DNA from: Lama glama
Taxonomy: Eukaryota
Direction of reading: 5' to 3'
Length of the DNA: 64,000 bases
Assembly: GCA_028534125.1 (NCBI GenBank)
Contig: CM052817.1
Location: forward strand, 67,148,001 to 67,212,000
Position numbers and translations under genes: made by a program. Below the pieces are notes generated by a model. That model worked only from the letters and a program-made list of their open reading frames with translations, was not told the DNA's origin and made no database searches. Of this stretch, positions 39,326 to 52,559 are shown one piece after another (positions within the stretch are counted from its first letter, which is position 1; each line of letters starts with the position of its first letter).

Positions 39326-39914
39326 CTGCTTGTTTCCTATCCTTAATCAATTATAAGAAATGTTTGCATACTGAAAAAATCAAACTGTTCTTTTTAATAT
39401 TTATTGCAAACTTTTGGACAAGCATCAGACTCTGAGTTGAAAAGAACATGAATGACTACATTCCCAACATTACGTATGGAAAATTGGTTTCTTAATTTTT
39501 ATATTAAATGCTATAGAAATTTTAAAGAAATTAAATTCAAGATTAATTTGAAAGTACCTGATATCCACTTAGATCTGATTTTAAATAATTTATGCTGGGT
39601 ACTTCTTTCATTCCCTTTACATCTAAGAAAACATCTAAAAGCATAACAAATCAAAATATGCAAAGAGAAAAGAAAATAAGAGAAGACATATAAACTAAAG
39701 CTAGAAGTAAGGCAAATAGAAAAGAATTTATGCCTTAAAAATCTACAAAATACTTGATAAATGAAATTGTATTAGATTTACATCAATATCTAATGTTGTT
39801 TAGATAGTATCTTCTAAGATTTCTACCTTTCATCGTTCCATTATCTTTTTTATATCTTCAGAAATAGCCAGCAAAAAAAAAGGGACAGATTGGGAGAGTG
39901 TGACATTTAAGTGA

Positions 39915-40610
39915 TATCTCAGTTACCAATCTATTTTCTCTTACCTCCAAATCCACACTTCATTGTCTGGCTTGTGATACTGGAACATTTCTCCCTCACC
40001 AGCTGGCATGATGTTACGCTTCGTCATTAGGAGGCACTCTGATGTGTGATTTTCTTGGCAGCCTTCACGCTTCCCTCTGGGCAGCTTCCTCTGCCATTCC
40101 AGAGAGTGGTTCCCCAGTGAGTTTCACTCCCAGTGGTATCTCCCCACGGATAGCTTCCCTTGGCATCCACTTAGGTGGCGTCACAGTGAGTTCCAAAGTG
40201 TGACACTTCCCCAGGGCTGGCTTTCCAGGAAGTACTGAAGATGTAGCACTTCAGTAACTTCTCCACCGTCTAGGAGGCCACTGCTGAACTCTCTACAGGG
40301 AAGTCTGGGTCTCAGCCCTGGTGTCCTGCCTCTTCTAGAGATGTGCGTTGTTTGGGAGCTTTGCATCATCCCTCGGGGTAGTGGCTTCTCCATATAACTG
40401 TTATTCCTGTATTCTTTAGACTCTGCCTGAGGGAGGGAAATAGCTCAGTGGAAGAGCATATGCTTAGCATGTATGAGGTTCTGAGTTCAATCTCCAGTAC
40501 CTCCATTAAAAAAAAAAAAGCTATAGACTATGCTTTGTAGCTAGTCCAAAATTCTAATCTGTTCAAATTAAGGCATAACTTCTATCTTCTGATAGGACCC
40601 CAATAATTCA
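39915..40610 (+). mobile_element. LTR41-like ERVL LTR with nested SINE
   Basis: aatctattttctcttacctccaaatccacac...ccagctggcatgatgttacgcttcgtcattaggaggcact; ends ctgttcaaatta...ctgataggaccccaataattca. Confidence 0.65.
40431..40519 (+). mobile_element. tRNA-derived SINE (camelid Vic-1-like, short)
   Basis: gggagggaaatagctcagtggaagagcatatgcttagcatgtatgaggttctgagttcaatctccagtacctcc + poly-A; TSD-like tagactctgc / tagactatgc. Confidence 0.9.
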
Positions 40611-43089
40611 GATTGGAGCACTACCCACAAAGTGGGACAGGCTCTGGGGAGAAGGTTGTCCACTCTGGTTTACAGAGCCCAGAAGGAAGAACATGTCAGT
40701 AAACAACATTATTAGAATGTGGTGGAAATCTGGGATGGTGGTATCGAGAAGCTGTAAGAATCAAGAGATAAAACAATCTTAATCTGGAGATGGAGAATCT
40801 AAAAGCAGTTTATATTCAGAGACACAAGCAGGCAACTCAGAGTAGTATTTCCATGGGGACTAAGGATCAGAGAATTGGAGTAAACACAGAGCCATTCTCA
40901 GTCTCTAAGAACAGGCAGTACCCCATTCTTAACATGACTGGAGAATAAGTCTGCTTACCAAGATACTTTGAAACAAGGGAAAATTTCTAGGAATAATTGC
41001 TAAAATTATGGGCCATTTTTAGTTTTTATTTATACATTACATGTTTTTTATATTTTATATAATTAACAACTATTATGAATGTAGTTAGAAAAATTGTAAA
41101 TTTAAGGAAATTTTTAAACAAATGGCCTGAGGTATACAAATTTAGATTATGTCTCAAAGCATGGCGAAAGTGGAACCATTAGGACTGATATTCACAGCTA
41201 TTGGGTAAAAAAAGCAAGAGTGCCTTAATGTTAACAGTAATAGTGTTAATTTTGATGACTGAAATATTTTCTACCAAACTTAAGGATGGGACAAGATTAG
41301 GCTGGTAGGTGGAGATACGAGTTGTGGTGGAGGGAAGTACACTGTGAAGACTGAAAAACAACTGGGTACCACATCTGACAGCTTCTTCTTTACCAGTAAT
41401 TCTTGTAACCATCTGGTACAGGTAATGGGAAAAAAAAAGGTTTATTACTGAAATGACTTCTTTATATCAGTGATGAATCTCAGCATATGAAATCAAGCTT
41501 TCTAATAGTACCTAACGTTGAAGAAAAAAAATGCCATTTGTTCAGTTCCCCAGGATGTTGGCTGCATTTGGTTGTTTACCAGCTTTTGGAATATTGTCCT
41601 AGAAATCTTGGCTCTACTTTCTTTGGTACCTAAATATTCTGGACTTACTATATTAAAACAGAACCATAAATACTTTCTGTGGCAAGCCTGAATCTTTCAG
41701 TTGGCAATAAAATTGACAAAAGAGACTGTGATGTAATTATGAATCCATTCAACAATCCTTTATTTCGCATGTCTGCTTGTACCAGGACCTTGACGCTGTA
41801 TTAAGCAAGGAAGATGTGGAGCCTACTCCTGAGGAACGCATGGTCTTTTGGAGATTAGTCTCAAATATATGAGATTCAAACCAGACTTAAAACTGTCTTT
41901 GGGTGGTTAGGAAGAAATTTCAGGATTACTGAAGTATGCTTATTGCATAGAATTTGATTATGTCTTAAAAACTGTTTCTGTGATTATTAATTAAAAAAAT
42001 TATCTAATAGCTCATGCAACAAGCAATAGGCATAAGAGGTTCTTTTCTATCATTTAGCTCCTTAGCTCTTTTGCAGAGATTTCTATATATGAATGACTGG
42101 GTCTGTAAGGAGACTGCCAGAATTCAACCTTCCTAGTCTACAAAGCCCCTCGTCTTTGTAGAGCCAAACACTGTCTCATTACTATTTCAAGGATTCTCCC
42201 ATAATAAAAAGGTATTCTCCAAGTAACTTCAAATCTCCACTGAACAGTTTTTAAATAGCAGTTTCTATTCCTAAAACTAAAATAAATCCCTGACTCAATA
42301 GACATCCTATCATTATACAAGATGAAGAAGTGGGTGAATGAGAAACAAGCAGGCACTTAAGGAAGCCTTTTTAGGTGAACTCTATACAGTCCTTACATGA
42401 ATGTCTTGCGCCAGAGAACAGCACATTCTGTCGGGTCAGAGGCTACTGAGTGGAGGATAATCCAATGGATTAACTAACCAATTTGTAAATTTAGAAAAAT
42501 GCCTTGACTATTGAGCAAAACTATCCATTATATTGATTTTTTTTGACCCAATGGAGTGGTTTGTTGACTGAATTGACCAAATTGACTGACTAGATTTATT
42601 TTTTCATCTTGTAAAAATATCCAGAACAACAGATGGCATAAAATCATGAAGTAATTCTCTCATGGACAAAACCAATAAAATTAAAAATGACAAGAACGAG
42701 AATTACAAGACTCGTCTGACTTAGAAATTAACACATTTAAATTAATATAAATCAATAAGTAGCCACTATATAGGGTATGTAAAAATGACCCTAATGATGT
42801 CCTAAGTAGCCAGTCATTAAATCAGACAAATCTTGCTATGCTTTGCTTATTGTCCTTGGACAAGGGAAAGATATTTAGCTATTTTAATTTTCTTTTAAGA
42901 CAGATACAGAAAAGCCTCATTTTACCCATACGCCCTGTTTAGCCACCTTTTCAAACAGCGCATTAAACAAGAGAAGACATCGTGTGACTCCTTTTGAATG
43001 GCCTGACGAAGTTTTGTGTCCCAGTGATGTTTTTCCTCAGGACATTGATATTTCCATTGGTTGGAATCCAGCCAGGCTAACATAGATCG

Positions 43090-43245
43090 GGACCTTGATA
43101 TTTTAAGTGTGGCCTGAGGACAATCGGCACTCTTACCACCTCGGAACTTTTCAGAAATATGGAATTTCAGGCCCCACCCCAGACCTACTCAATCATCACC
43201 TGCATTTTAGCAGGATCCCTGGAAGTTGTGTATACACATTACATT
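43090..43245. mobile_element. MER5A-like hAT-Charlie element
   Basis: cagaaatatggaatttcaggccccaccccagacctactcaatcatcacctgcattttagcaggatccc. Confidence 0.8.
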
Positions 43246-44231
43246 TCATAGTATGGATCTTTCTTCCTGTCCCTGCTTCATTTAAGTAAAAACAGAACTT
43301 TCCAATAAAAGAGATGACTGCTGAACACAAACTACAGAGCACCTACTGGACCATGAAGATGGGAGCTAAATCATGTGACTCTAAAAACACAGCCCTGAAT
43401 CTATAGGAAGACTGGACCGTGTTCCCCAAAATGACAGTTACAGCGGAAGGGCGTAATCATTGACAAGTCTTGAAGTCCCATCGGCTCTTTGAACTGATTC
43501 TCTTCAGATGGAATGGAGGGAATCTTGCTTGGAAGCTGAGCTTTGGTGATCTAAGCCTCTGGTATTTTGAAAAGAATGGAATGTCATTGGACCAGAGTGA
43601 GGCAGGCAGGTTTTTGTAACACAAATAAATTATGAGAGTCAGGAGACATGGATTCTGGCCCTGAAACCTCAGTTACTTAACATCAGACATCCTTCCTATT
43701 TGATTTTATATTTCATATGCTAAGATCCTTGACTGGCATTTAATCAGTATACAATTACTGTTTTGTTTTTTTAAAAAATAATTAACTAATGAATGTATCT
43801 TAAGAGTGGATCATAAGCAACTCATTTAATCTCTCTGGCTTTGACGTTTTATTAAACTGAAAAATAACATAAAAATAAACTTAGTATTTTAAAAACCTCT
43901 TCAGATCTGGCATTCTAGGATTCTGTGAGCTTTTCTACTGTTTTGTGCAGTGACCTTTGGGGAAAAATTACCACTGTATTACACTGTTATTTTTTATAAG
44001 TCTGCATCTAAGTGATACATAAAAAGCCAACTGGAAAAGGAAAACATTACTATTTTGCCTTTCAGAAATATTTATGTTGATTTATTTTGTCCATTTCCCT
44101 GCCTGGTTTCTTTTTTGATTCTTTGATCATGTGTAGACAAAGGCAGAAATAATAACTAGGCTAAAAGTGAATGATAATTAAGACTTTAATTTGTTGCATA
44201 TTTTATTTATTTATTTATTTATTTTTTGCAG

Positions 44232-44410
44232 TTTGTTGCTGATGTTGGGAGTGCAGGGCAGTTGGATTTGGAAAAGAATCCAAGTTCAGAGAATCTCATG
44301 GATGCTTCCATGTGGAACAATTCTGCAATCGATGACCTCTTCGAGAGACCGTGCAAGCAAATACCGATGGATTGGCCACTACCTTAATTTACGCATTCAG
44401 CAGGACCTTG
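44232..44410 (+). other. Candidate spliced exon (179 nt), coding status unknown
   Basis: Long T-rich tract ending tttttgcag| and donor TTG|GTGAGA; unique sequence, more GC- and CpG-rich than flanks; one frame open throughout but peptide not recognised. Confidence 0.55.
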
Positions 44411-44499
44411 GTGAGAGACTACTTACATGCATTAAACTTCTGTTGGTTCTACTGAATGGCAGTAAAGCCCTTCATATCAATTGTCACACACAGCAGAAA

Positions 44500-45042
44500 G
44501 CTACTAGTCTGCTCTTCCCCTGTTGTTTGGGCCCCCAGTGAAATGCTGCATTTAGGTTGTAGCATCACATTTCAAAAGAGACATAGAGTAAAAAGAGTTC
44601 AGAGGAGAGCCACAAAGATGATAAAGGGTTTGAAAAACAAGACCTACATGGAAAGGTTAAGGGAAGTGGGCACATTCTGTCTGGAGAAGGGAAGACTGCG
44701 GGGAAATGTAACTGTCAGCATCTTCATTAAGGGATGTTATAAAGAGGATAGGGACCAATTCTCATTAGTCAATGAGGACAGAACAAGAAGTAATGATTTC
44801 AATTCCACAAGGGAAACTTCAGGTTGTATATAAGTACTAGCTTTATAACAATACGAGTAGTTGGGAATGGCACCAGCTGCCAGGGGAGGCTGTGGAATCG
44901 CCATGACTGCAGAGATGCAAGGCTGAACCCTACTCATTGATCAAGAATGACTTAGTCATAATAAAATCAATCCCGCTGTGATTCACAGGGATAGATTAGT
45001 GCCCCAGCATAGGTCCTTCCAACTCAAATGATTATATGATTA
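44500..45042 (+). mobile_element. CR1/L3 LINE 3' end
   Basis: RVQRRATKMIKGLKNKTYMERLREVGTFCLEKGRLRG...KGCYKEDRDQFSLVNEDRTRSND is the CR1 ORF2 C-terminus; 3' tail aggtccttccaactcaaatgattatatgatt. Confidence 0.9.
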
Positions 45043-45471
45043 AGATACCAGCACCCAAGGGGAATCGATCTGTGTATAAGGGAGGGAAGAGAAACTCTTT
45101 ACGAGCCATGGTTGTAAATCTGAAAATTAAGTAATGCAAGAGGTTTAGCTAAGGGAGAAACTGAATCTGTTTAGGAGATATGAGGGGAGTCTGAATTAAA
45201 GAGCGCAGCCTTTAGCCGAAAACAGTAAGCTGACTTTTTTCAATGTTCCAAGTAGAAAAATTGAGACCTATAACATTATTAATTTTCCTGACTAGTATTC
45301 AGCTGGCATACTGCAACAATATTTCCATTTATCATTCAGAACTCAGAATTTTCTCACAGTGTGAAAAATAAAAAACTAAGAGTAAGGTAATTCTGAGAAG
45401 AATAATTTTTCCAAGTCTTATTTAGGGTCTTTTATTTAAAAAAAAACATTTAAATGTTATTTTTGTTTCAG

Positions 45472-46030
45472 ATACCCCTGAGAGTTTTATTTGATGGGCA
45501 TGCAACTCTAATTAAGATCCACGAGCCACATAATTCAATCACAGCATGGGTCAAAAATTACGAATTCAATTTTTTAATCTTAAAATTGATTTCTACGTCT
45601 TTGATTCCCAGAGTGAATGTCAGTCTGATCCACAGCATTCTATTTCTCTATGCTCTCTGCCTTATCACATTGCCTCCTGCCAACACTGCAGCAGTTATTT
45701 TGAATCTTTGAAGAGGCAGTATTTAATTTTTTAGTTCGCTTTTCCCCTCTCCACCTTTCCAGTTTACCTTTAAGAAAAAAACACACTGCCTTCGGCTCCC
45801 CTGAGTAGACCATGTTATTACTACCATCCACATCATCAGGGCTGCAGCGCTTGCTGTACTAGATCATCCCCGTGCTGTCACGGTGATGATATATGATGGA
45901 AAAAGCCATCCATCCGAAGATGCGAGGCACAGAGGCTGGAGCAATAATGAGGTAGCCCAGCACAGCCCCGGCATGCACAGCAGTGGACCTCTCCCCCCAA
46001 ATAAAAGTGGACTGCTCTGTAAACTGAGAC
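45472..46030 (+). other. Candidate terminal exon
   Basis: Acceptor ttatttttgtttcag|; AATAAA at 46000-46005 followed by a T-rich tract. Confidence 0.3.
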
Positions 46031-46467
46031 TCTCTGGGTGGAAAGGAAAAGCGAAATGCCTTGGAAGAGGACGTTTCTTTTTCTTTTTTTTTTTTTTTTT
46101 TTTCGCTTAGAGACCTATTATATCTCCCAAAACATTAAAAAATAATGGGTTCCTGAATTTAAAACCTTTCAAGGCTTCTCACTGCCATTTTTTCTTTTCC
46201 TTTTCCTTTTTCTTTTTTTCTGTCCCTTGTATGTATTTTTCTCTTTCGATTCCTCTGTAGTTACCCCAAACTCAGACACTGGGTATCCTTCTCCTGAACT
46301 CCTGAAGTGTTTTCTTTACTCTGCTTTCTTTTTGCTCTAGTACACCTTTCTTACCGCTGCTGGACTAACCCTGGTCAATGCTACATTTGTCACATCAGTC
46401 TTTTCCTTTTTAAGATTTAGTATGTTCATTATTTATTCATTCAAAGGTCGTCCCCTCCTTCATGTTC

Positions 46468-46632
46468 TTTTTTATGTGTATATATATATTTATTGAAGTA
46501 GGTCAGTTTACAATGTTGTGTCAACTTCTCTTGTACAGCACAATGCCTCAGCCATACATGAACATACATATAATCGTTTTCATATTCTTTTTCACCGTAA
46601 GTTACTACAAGATATTGAATATAGTTCCCTCT
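46468..46632 (-). mobile_element. Short artiodactyl-type L1 3' end
   Basis: tttattgaagtaggtcagtttacaatgttgtgtcaac...gatattgaatatagttccct. Confidence 0.85.
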
Positions 46633-46927
46633 TCTAATCAGAGACTGTGAACTTTTCTCCAAGCTCTGTCAAATAGAGTTCACGTTCCCTTGCTTGGCAT
46701 TCAAGATCTTGTAAATTTAGCTTTAGCTTATTTTTCTAGCTGGAAGTTTCCCTAATTTGCCAAGTAGGACTCTTGGTCTTCCAGGATTTGCTTTCTTATC
46801 CAGATGCTCCCTTGACAAATAGGATACCTGGTATTTCAGGATACGCTTTGACCTTCTATATCTTTGTCCCTTGCTGGGCCCTCCACCTGAGATGCAAAAT
46901 AAATAATGAGGCAAGATAAATAATAAG

Positions 46928-47100
46928 CCAAACCTGAATTCAAATGTACTGGTTATGACCCAGGACAAATTGCTTTGTCTCCCTGCCCTCAGTTTCTCCA
47001 GCAGTAAAATGGGGATCACGATGCTATTTCAAAGAATTCTTGTGAGGAATGAATGAGAAAATATATAAAGAGCACTTGGCACATGACAGTCCACAAAGGG
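46928..47100 (+). mobile_element. MIR SINE
   Basis: cctcagtttctccagcagtaaaatggggatc...tgtgaggaatgaatgag...gcacttggcacat. Confidence 0.8.
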
Positions 47101-47122
47101 AGCTTCTGTTGTATTGTTTTGA

Positions 47123-47123
<1 letters not shown>

Positions 47124-47162
<39 letters not shown>
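47124..47162. repeat. (ATT)n microsatellite
   Basis: Directly visible. Confidence 0.95.
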
Positions 47163-48249
47163 TCAGTTCATTCTTTAAAGTGATTCAAATGCCACCTTTT
47201 CTGTGAGGCTTCTTTGTCTCATTTTCCATTTCAATTCAGCGGCCCCTCTTCTGACGTCATGTAGCATTTTTACATGGCAGCTCTTATATTTTACATATAG
47301 GAATGTAAATCCTCCCCAAATGTCTTGGGAGTAGAACTCTGTCTCTTAACTTTCATACCACTCAGAAGTGATCATTAATACATAACAGGTATTCAACATA
47401 TGTTTTTGAATGAATCATTGTTTTTATATGTTCCTTATCTTACTCAATGCCAGCTTAAAGATGTTTTGGACTGACCTGGAACACTGTCTAACTACAACGA
47501 AATAAAAACTCCATCAGGACTGCCTGTCACACTCTCAGGATAAAAGTAAAGTTAAAGCTAGTTTTGTGGAAAGACTCATATTGCACCTTTATCACTTAAA
47601 CATTCTTTAATGGAAAAAACATACTAAAATCTTAAAGTCTACTGGTGCATCCTAATTTAAGTAACTGCATTTCTTCAAGCTGCTCTGCACTTAGTGGTAC
47701 TATTTCTAAACCCAAGCAACTGGCATTCTGGTAAGCTTGTCCTCATTTCAGGTTTTAGTCCTTTCATTTTAATCCACTTCACTATAAGAAATACATCTAC
47801 AACTCTACCACTTGAACAGTGCATCATTTTCAAGGTTTCTCCAGGTATTTCATATACATTGATTCCTCCAAAAACACAATACATTTAGCAACCTAATTTC
47901 TCTTTTCTTTTCCAAGTTCAGCACTGGTTTGATTACCAGTAAAATGGAAGCGGGTTAGGAGGGGAATAAATTTTTCTTTGATTAATCAATCAATTCCTGA
48001 ACGGTACAGGACTTATGCTTTTAAGATCACTGTTGCCAGCAGGGGTCCTTAAGTCAAAGATCAACCCCTCTTCTACTTTCGGGTTACTGGGAACTCGACG
48101 TCACCCCCGCATGGCGCTGCCTGTCCGCTAGTGTCCTCCACTAGCGCTTTCTCCCCTGTTTCCTGCGTTAGCAGGTTGACCTCTTTGGCTTCCTGCCGAC
48201 CTTCATAGCCTCTGAACGTGTTCTTTCCTCAGACCATGCCGTTTTTGCG

Positions 48250-48570
48250 CTTAGATACTGCTCCTCCATAATTTTACATTAGAAATGTCTTCCTTAGGAA
48301 AGGCTAGCCTAACCTATGTGACAGCCCACTCTGCGGATCAGTCTGGATCACACTCCACTGCTGGAAACATGCTGTCTTCTCCTTTATGATACGTACTACA
48401 ACTGAAATAAAAATAATTAATTTGTGTGCACACTTGCTTCAGATATAGATTCCCTGGATAAAACCTCAACCCAATGAGGGAAGACAATATGCTTGCCCTA
48501 CTCACCTCTGTATCTCCAAGGCCTATCAAACAAAAAGCCCTCAATAAAACTTTCATGAGTGAATGGAGAA
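48250..48570 (+). mobile_element. L2 3' end
   Basis: aatgtcttccttaggaaaggc...ctcacctctgtatctccaaggcct...ctcaataaaactttcatgagtgaatg. Confidence 0.65.
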
Positions 48571-50009
48571 AGTGTATCACTAAACTGATCATTTCCCAAT
48601 GAAAAATTAGGATGCCCCACTGGCCAACCATTCCTCCTGTCACCAGCTGATAGATTAAAAAAACAACCAAGGAAACTCCTCTTTTTTTTTTCTGCAAAAA
48701 CTACCTAAAAATCTTGCAGATGCTTTTATTTACTATGTTAAAATGAACAAGATAAGTCAGACAAAAAGGAAAAATAACTCCCTTCCATAAAAAAAAAACA
48801 ACAAAAAACCCACCACCAACAACCAAAAAACCCTAAAAAAACCTTTGCTTAGATTCAAAATGGGGGAATGAATCATCACTTAAACACTACTGCCATTTTG
48901 TAGGTAATTTAATATAATTTTGAGTCAGGAAATATAGTGAAAAGAGATCATTTTTCTTACTTGTGGGGGACATTTCTGCTTGTAAAGCTCTTCCTCATTG
49001 GTAAGTTTTAATAGCTTGATCTTCTTAGGAAGATGACATAGTGTTATCAAACCTTTCAACCAATTTGAGCTATTTGTTTAGTGGTTGTAAATTCCATCAC
49101 CTAAATAAGAGCTTCCATAATTTCTAGTTACCAGGAAAATGCTGATCAGATCTGTGGACTTCAAATACCTGACTGACAAACTCTGCTACGTGGCTTGATT
49201 GTCTAAATCTAACTGCTCTTATTTCTCCCATCTTGGGGAGGCTGAGGTGTTGGGGAGCAGATAACCAGAGGGATTGTGCATCCTGGTAGGGGCTCTATTT
49301 CTATGGGTAAATTATAAGATTTTCTGCGTGGGCTTGTTGAATAATCATATTTAGCACAAGCCTCTCAAACGTGGACATGTGATAAAGAATATTTGCCTAA
49401 GTCATATCCAATGATGAGATCATTAAATTTCCTGTATGGGAAGCATTATCAACAATGAAACGCTATGTGGGCTTGCTGTTGCCCCTCCTAACATCCAAAC
49501 TGAGAGCCATTTTCCTTTTTGGAAAGGGATTGTCGTAAGTAACTAAAGACAAGAAGGAGTTGACTAATGGTCCTTAATTAGAGCTAGACAGGGCCCTGGC
49601 TGAATCTTACCGGCATGATAGGTTTTATGCTATTCTCTTCTGATCGTTTCCTCCTCTTACTGTGTGTGGGTGTGTGTCATGCAGTTCACGCCTACTAGTT
49701 ACGAATATACTCTCTGCCAGGTTGGATTCTGGGGTTCTCTCCTTACAAGGAGTTTGACATTGGGCAAGTTACCACTATGTGCGTTGTTTGGCTTATTTGA
49801 CCACTAATGGTACCTACTTCACAGAACTAAGTAAGATAATCTATGCGAAGTCTATGATCACTGCACAAGTTATGGATTCTGGTTTTATGTCCCTGCTACC
49901 AAGTCTTTATGCAGTTATAGCTCTTTTCCTTGCATTCTTTATCTTAAATACTGTTTAAAAAATTCTTTTGTAATTTCTCTCTTCAGTTGTCTCACTGTTT
50001 TAAGCAAGT

Positions 50010-51950
50010 CCAGATCACAATGGAAGTAAACTAGAAAGCAATAAGAGAGGAAGATAGCTGGAAAAATCTTAAAATATGTGACGATTAAACAATATGCTTT
50101 TAAATAAAACATGGGTCAAAGGAGAATCTCAAGAAAAATTAAAAATATTTTGAACTAAGTGAAAACAAAAATAAAAAAATAAAAATGTGTGGGATGCAGT
50201 AAAAGGAATACTTAGAGGGAAATGAATAGCATTGACTACATATATTAGAAAGAAGAAAGACCTAAAGTCAGTAATCTGAAGTTCCACCTTAGGAAACTAG
50301 GGAAAAAAATATAAGAACAAATGAAATCCAAAGTAAGTAGGAGAAAATTAATAAAAGCTAGAGGAGAAATCAATGAAGCTGACAGTAGAAAAACACTAAA
50401 GCAAAAAATAAAACCAAAATCAAGAGGTCTCTCTATACCATCAATATCCAACTAGAAAAGACAATAGAAAAAATATTTTATTCACAGTGGGTACAAAAAT
50501 ACAAGTTTCCCAATAGTAAATGTACAGAGATGTGTATAAATGATATGCTACAACTACATAATTTAATAAGTTGTATAAAATAAAATAATAAAATAAGGTA
50601 AATGAAGAGCTATCTTAATATGTGTACTCAAAAATTAAAAAGATTAATTTTTAAGAAGAATTAAAATAAAAATTTTTGTACTTATTTATTAATTCTTTAG
50701 AATAAAATCATTTAAAATGTAACCAGGAAACAAAAAAGATTAATCCAAACATTTTAGGAAAACAATAGAAAATATTTTTACTGTCAAGTATTTAAATATA
50801 GTATAAAATGAGTGTGAAATGTAGAATAAATCTTAAGATCAATAGAAACCTAAGAAACATATTTAATTATTGGCATTAATTTGATGCACAATGGAAATGT
50901 GATTTTTAAATCAGTGGGTGAAAAAAGAATATTTTATTAATTAACTTGAATATTTGTTATTGAAGGAAAAGAGTAGGTTCAGATTACTCTATTATATGTA
51001 AAACCAAAGCAAATTTAGGATCACTCTTAAGAGATTAAACACAAAAAATGAAACCATAAGACACCAGAAGAAAGTAGAGGCAAATATTATGAGAATGAGT
51101 ATATGTTCTTATGGAAAAATAATAAATAAAAACTGATGAAAATGACTACAGAAAAATATGAAACTTCTGCATGTTAAATATATCATAAATAAAATCAGAA
51201 GTAAGCAACAAACTGGAAAATATATGCAGACAAATTATTAATATCCTTAATAACAAAAGGATGTTCAAATAGAAGGGTAAAAGTTAAACATTCAGATTTT
51301 GAAAATAGCAAGGAAACTTGAACTGGCAAATAACAACAGAAATATAAATGACCAATAAACTTATGAAGTCACATTCAAACTACGAGTTATCAAAGATGCA
51401 GAAATTTAATTAATGAGTTTCCTCTTTTTTCCTTACTATTTTACTAATTATATTATTAAAGATTTTATATATAGATACATATAATCCCTTGATTGTTCAA
51501 GGAAATTATGCCCTCATAACTGATAGTGTTTAAAATAATAAAACTTTCCTGAAAAATAACTTGGCGATATGAATCAAAATATTTAAAAATAATGTGCATT
51601 CATTTTGAACTAACAATAAAAAATAATCACAGATGTCTTTACAGTTATGATATTGAAAAACTGCAGCCAATCTGAATATCCAAAGAGGAAATTCATAAAA
51701 ATAAATTATAGTATAGTTATATGATATATAACCTTCAAAATATTTAATGTCATAGTAAATTGCTCATGATGGATTGTTATTAAAAGGATAAGTTATAGAA
51801 AAGTATATATAACATCCTCCGAATTTTGTATAACCAAACTAGAAAAAAAATTATGCATGACTGTGTTTGCATATACGTAATTGTGTACAAATAGCAATAG
51901 TTATTCTGGATTTTAAGGTTCAGGTGGTTTATGGTTTATTTGTCCTACTG
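50010..51950 (+). mobile_element. Old L1 ORF2 and 3' UTR fragments
   Basis: gatcacaatggaagtaaactagaa...gattaaacaatatgcttttaaat...atgtgtgggatgcagtaaaag...aagttccaccttaggaaactag, then A-rich decayed L1M sequence. Confidence 0.8.
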
Positions 51951-52559
51951 TCAGAGTCCTTCTGCTTTGGAAAAATTGGTTCAAACAATAAAACTTGAAT
52001 TTTGACCTCAGTTAAATAAAATGTAATAAGCCTGTGACACTGACTAAAGATAAGAGGTAGCAAAATACAATTAATAGTTTTTCTAAAGAGGAATACGCTT
52101 TAAAACTCAATGACCTGCTGTTTTTAAAAATGCAACACATTTAGAATGAAATGTTAAAGGGATGGTAACTTCACTAATACCATTTTACAAAATAGTATAC
52201 ATAATGGCACCAACAAGTTTCAGTCCCCCAACATGCGATGATTGCCAACTTTCAAACTGTTTTAGTTCGATAAATCCAAGAATCAAGACAGCAATATTCT
52301 AAGGCACCTGCTGAAAGCATAGACCATTGATTATCTTGACTGTGACTATGGAACATGCTATTTCCCAAAGCAGTTTTCATTGCTGCTGTGTTAACAGAGG
52401 CAGATACTTCACATGAAGGTGAAAGAACACAGCCATCTATAAACCTGGGCATAAAAGTGCTGAAAACACCACCAGTGTCCATCGTTGTACCTCCCTGAAG
52501 GTGGGTGTTTATGAGAAATGTCCAGAGGACAAAAGCAAGGCATGGAATTGGACAGCCCC

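Noticed and set aside
40020..40185. CTCF-like motifs in the LTR41-like element (gtcattaggaggcact; ccacttaggtggcg)
   Set aside because: Both are degenerate at core positions or contain an extra base
44234..44410. Third frame of the candidate exon with in-frame TGA codons read as selenocysteine
   Set aside because: No recognisable selenoprotein motif or SECIS element
48110..48140. REST/NRSE-like site ggcgctgcctgtcc
   Set aside because: Spacing is wrong and the TCAGCACC half-site is missing
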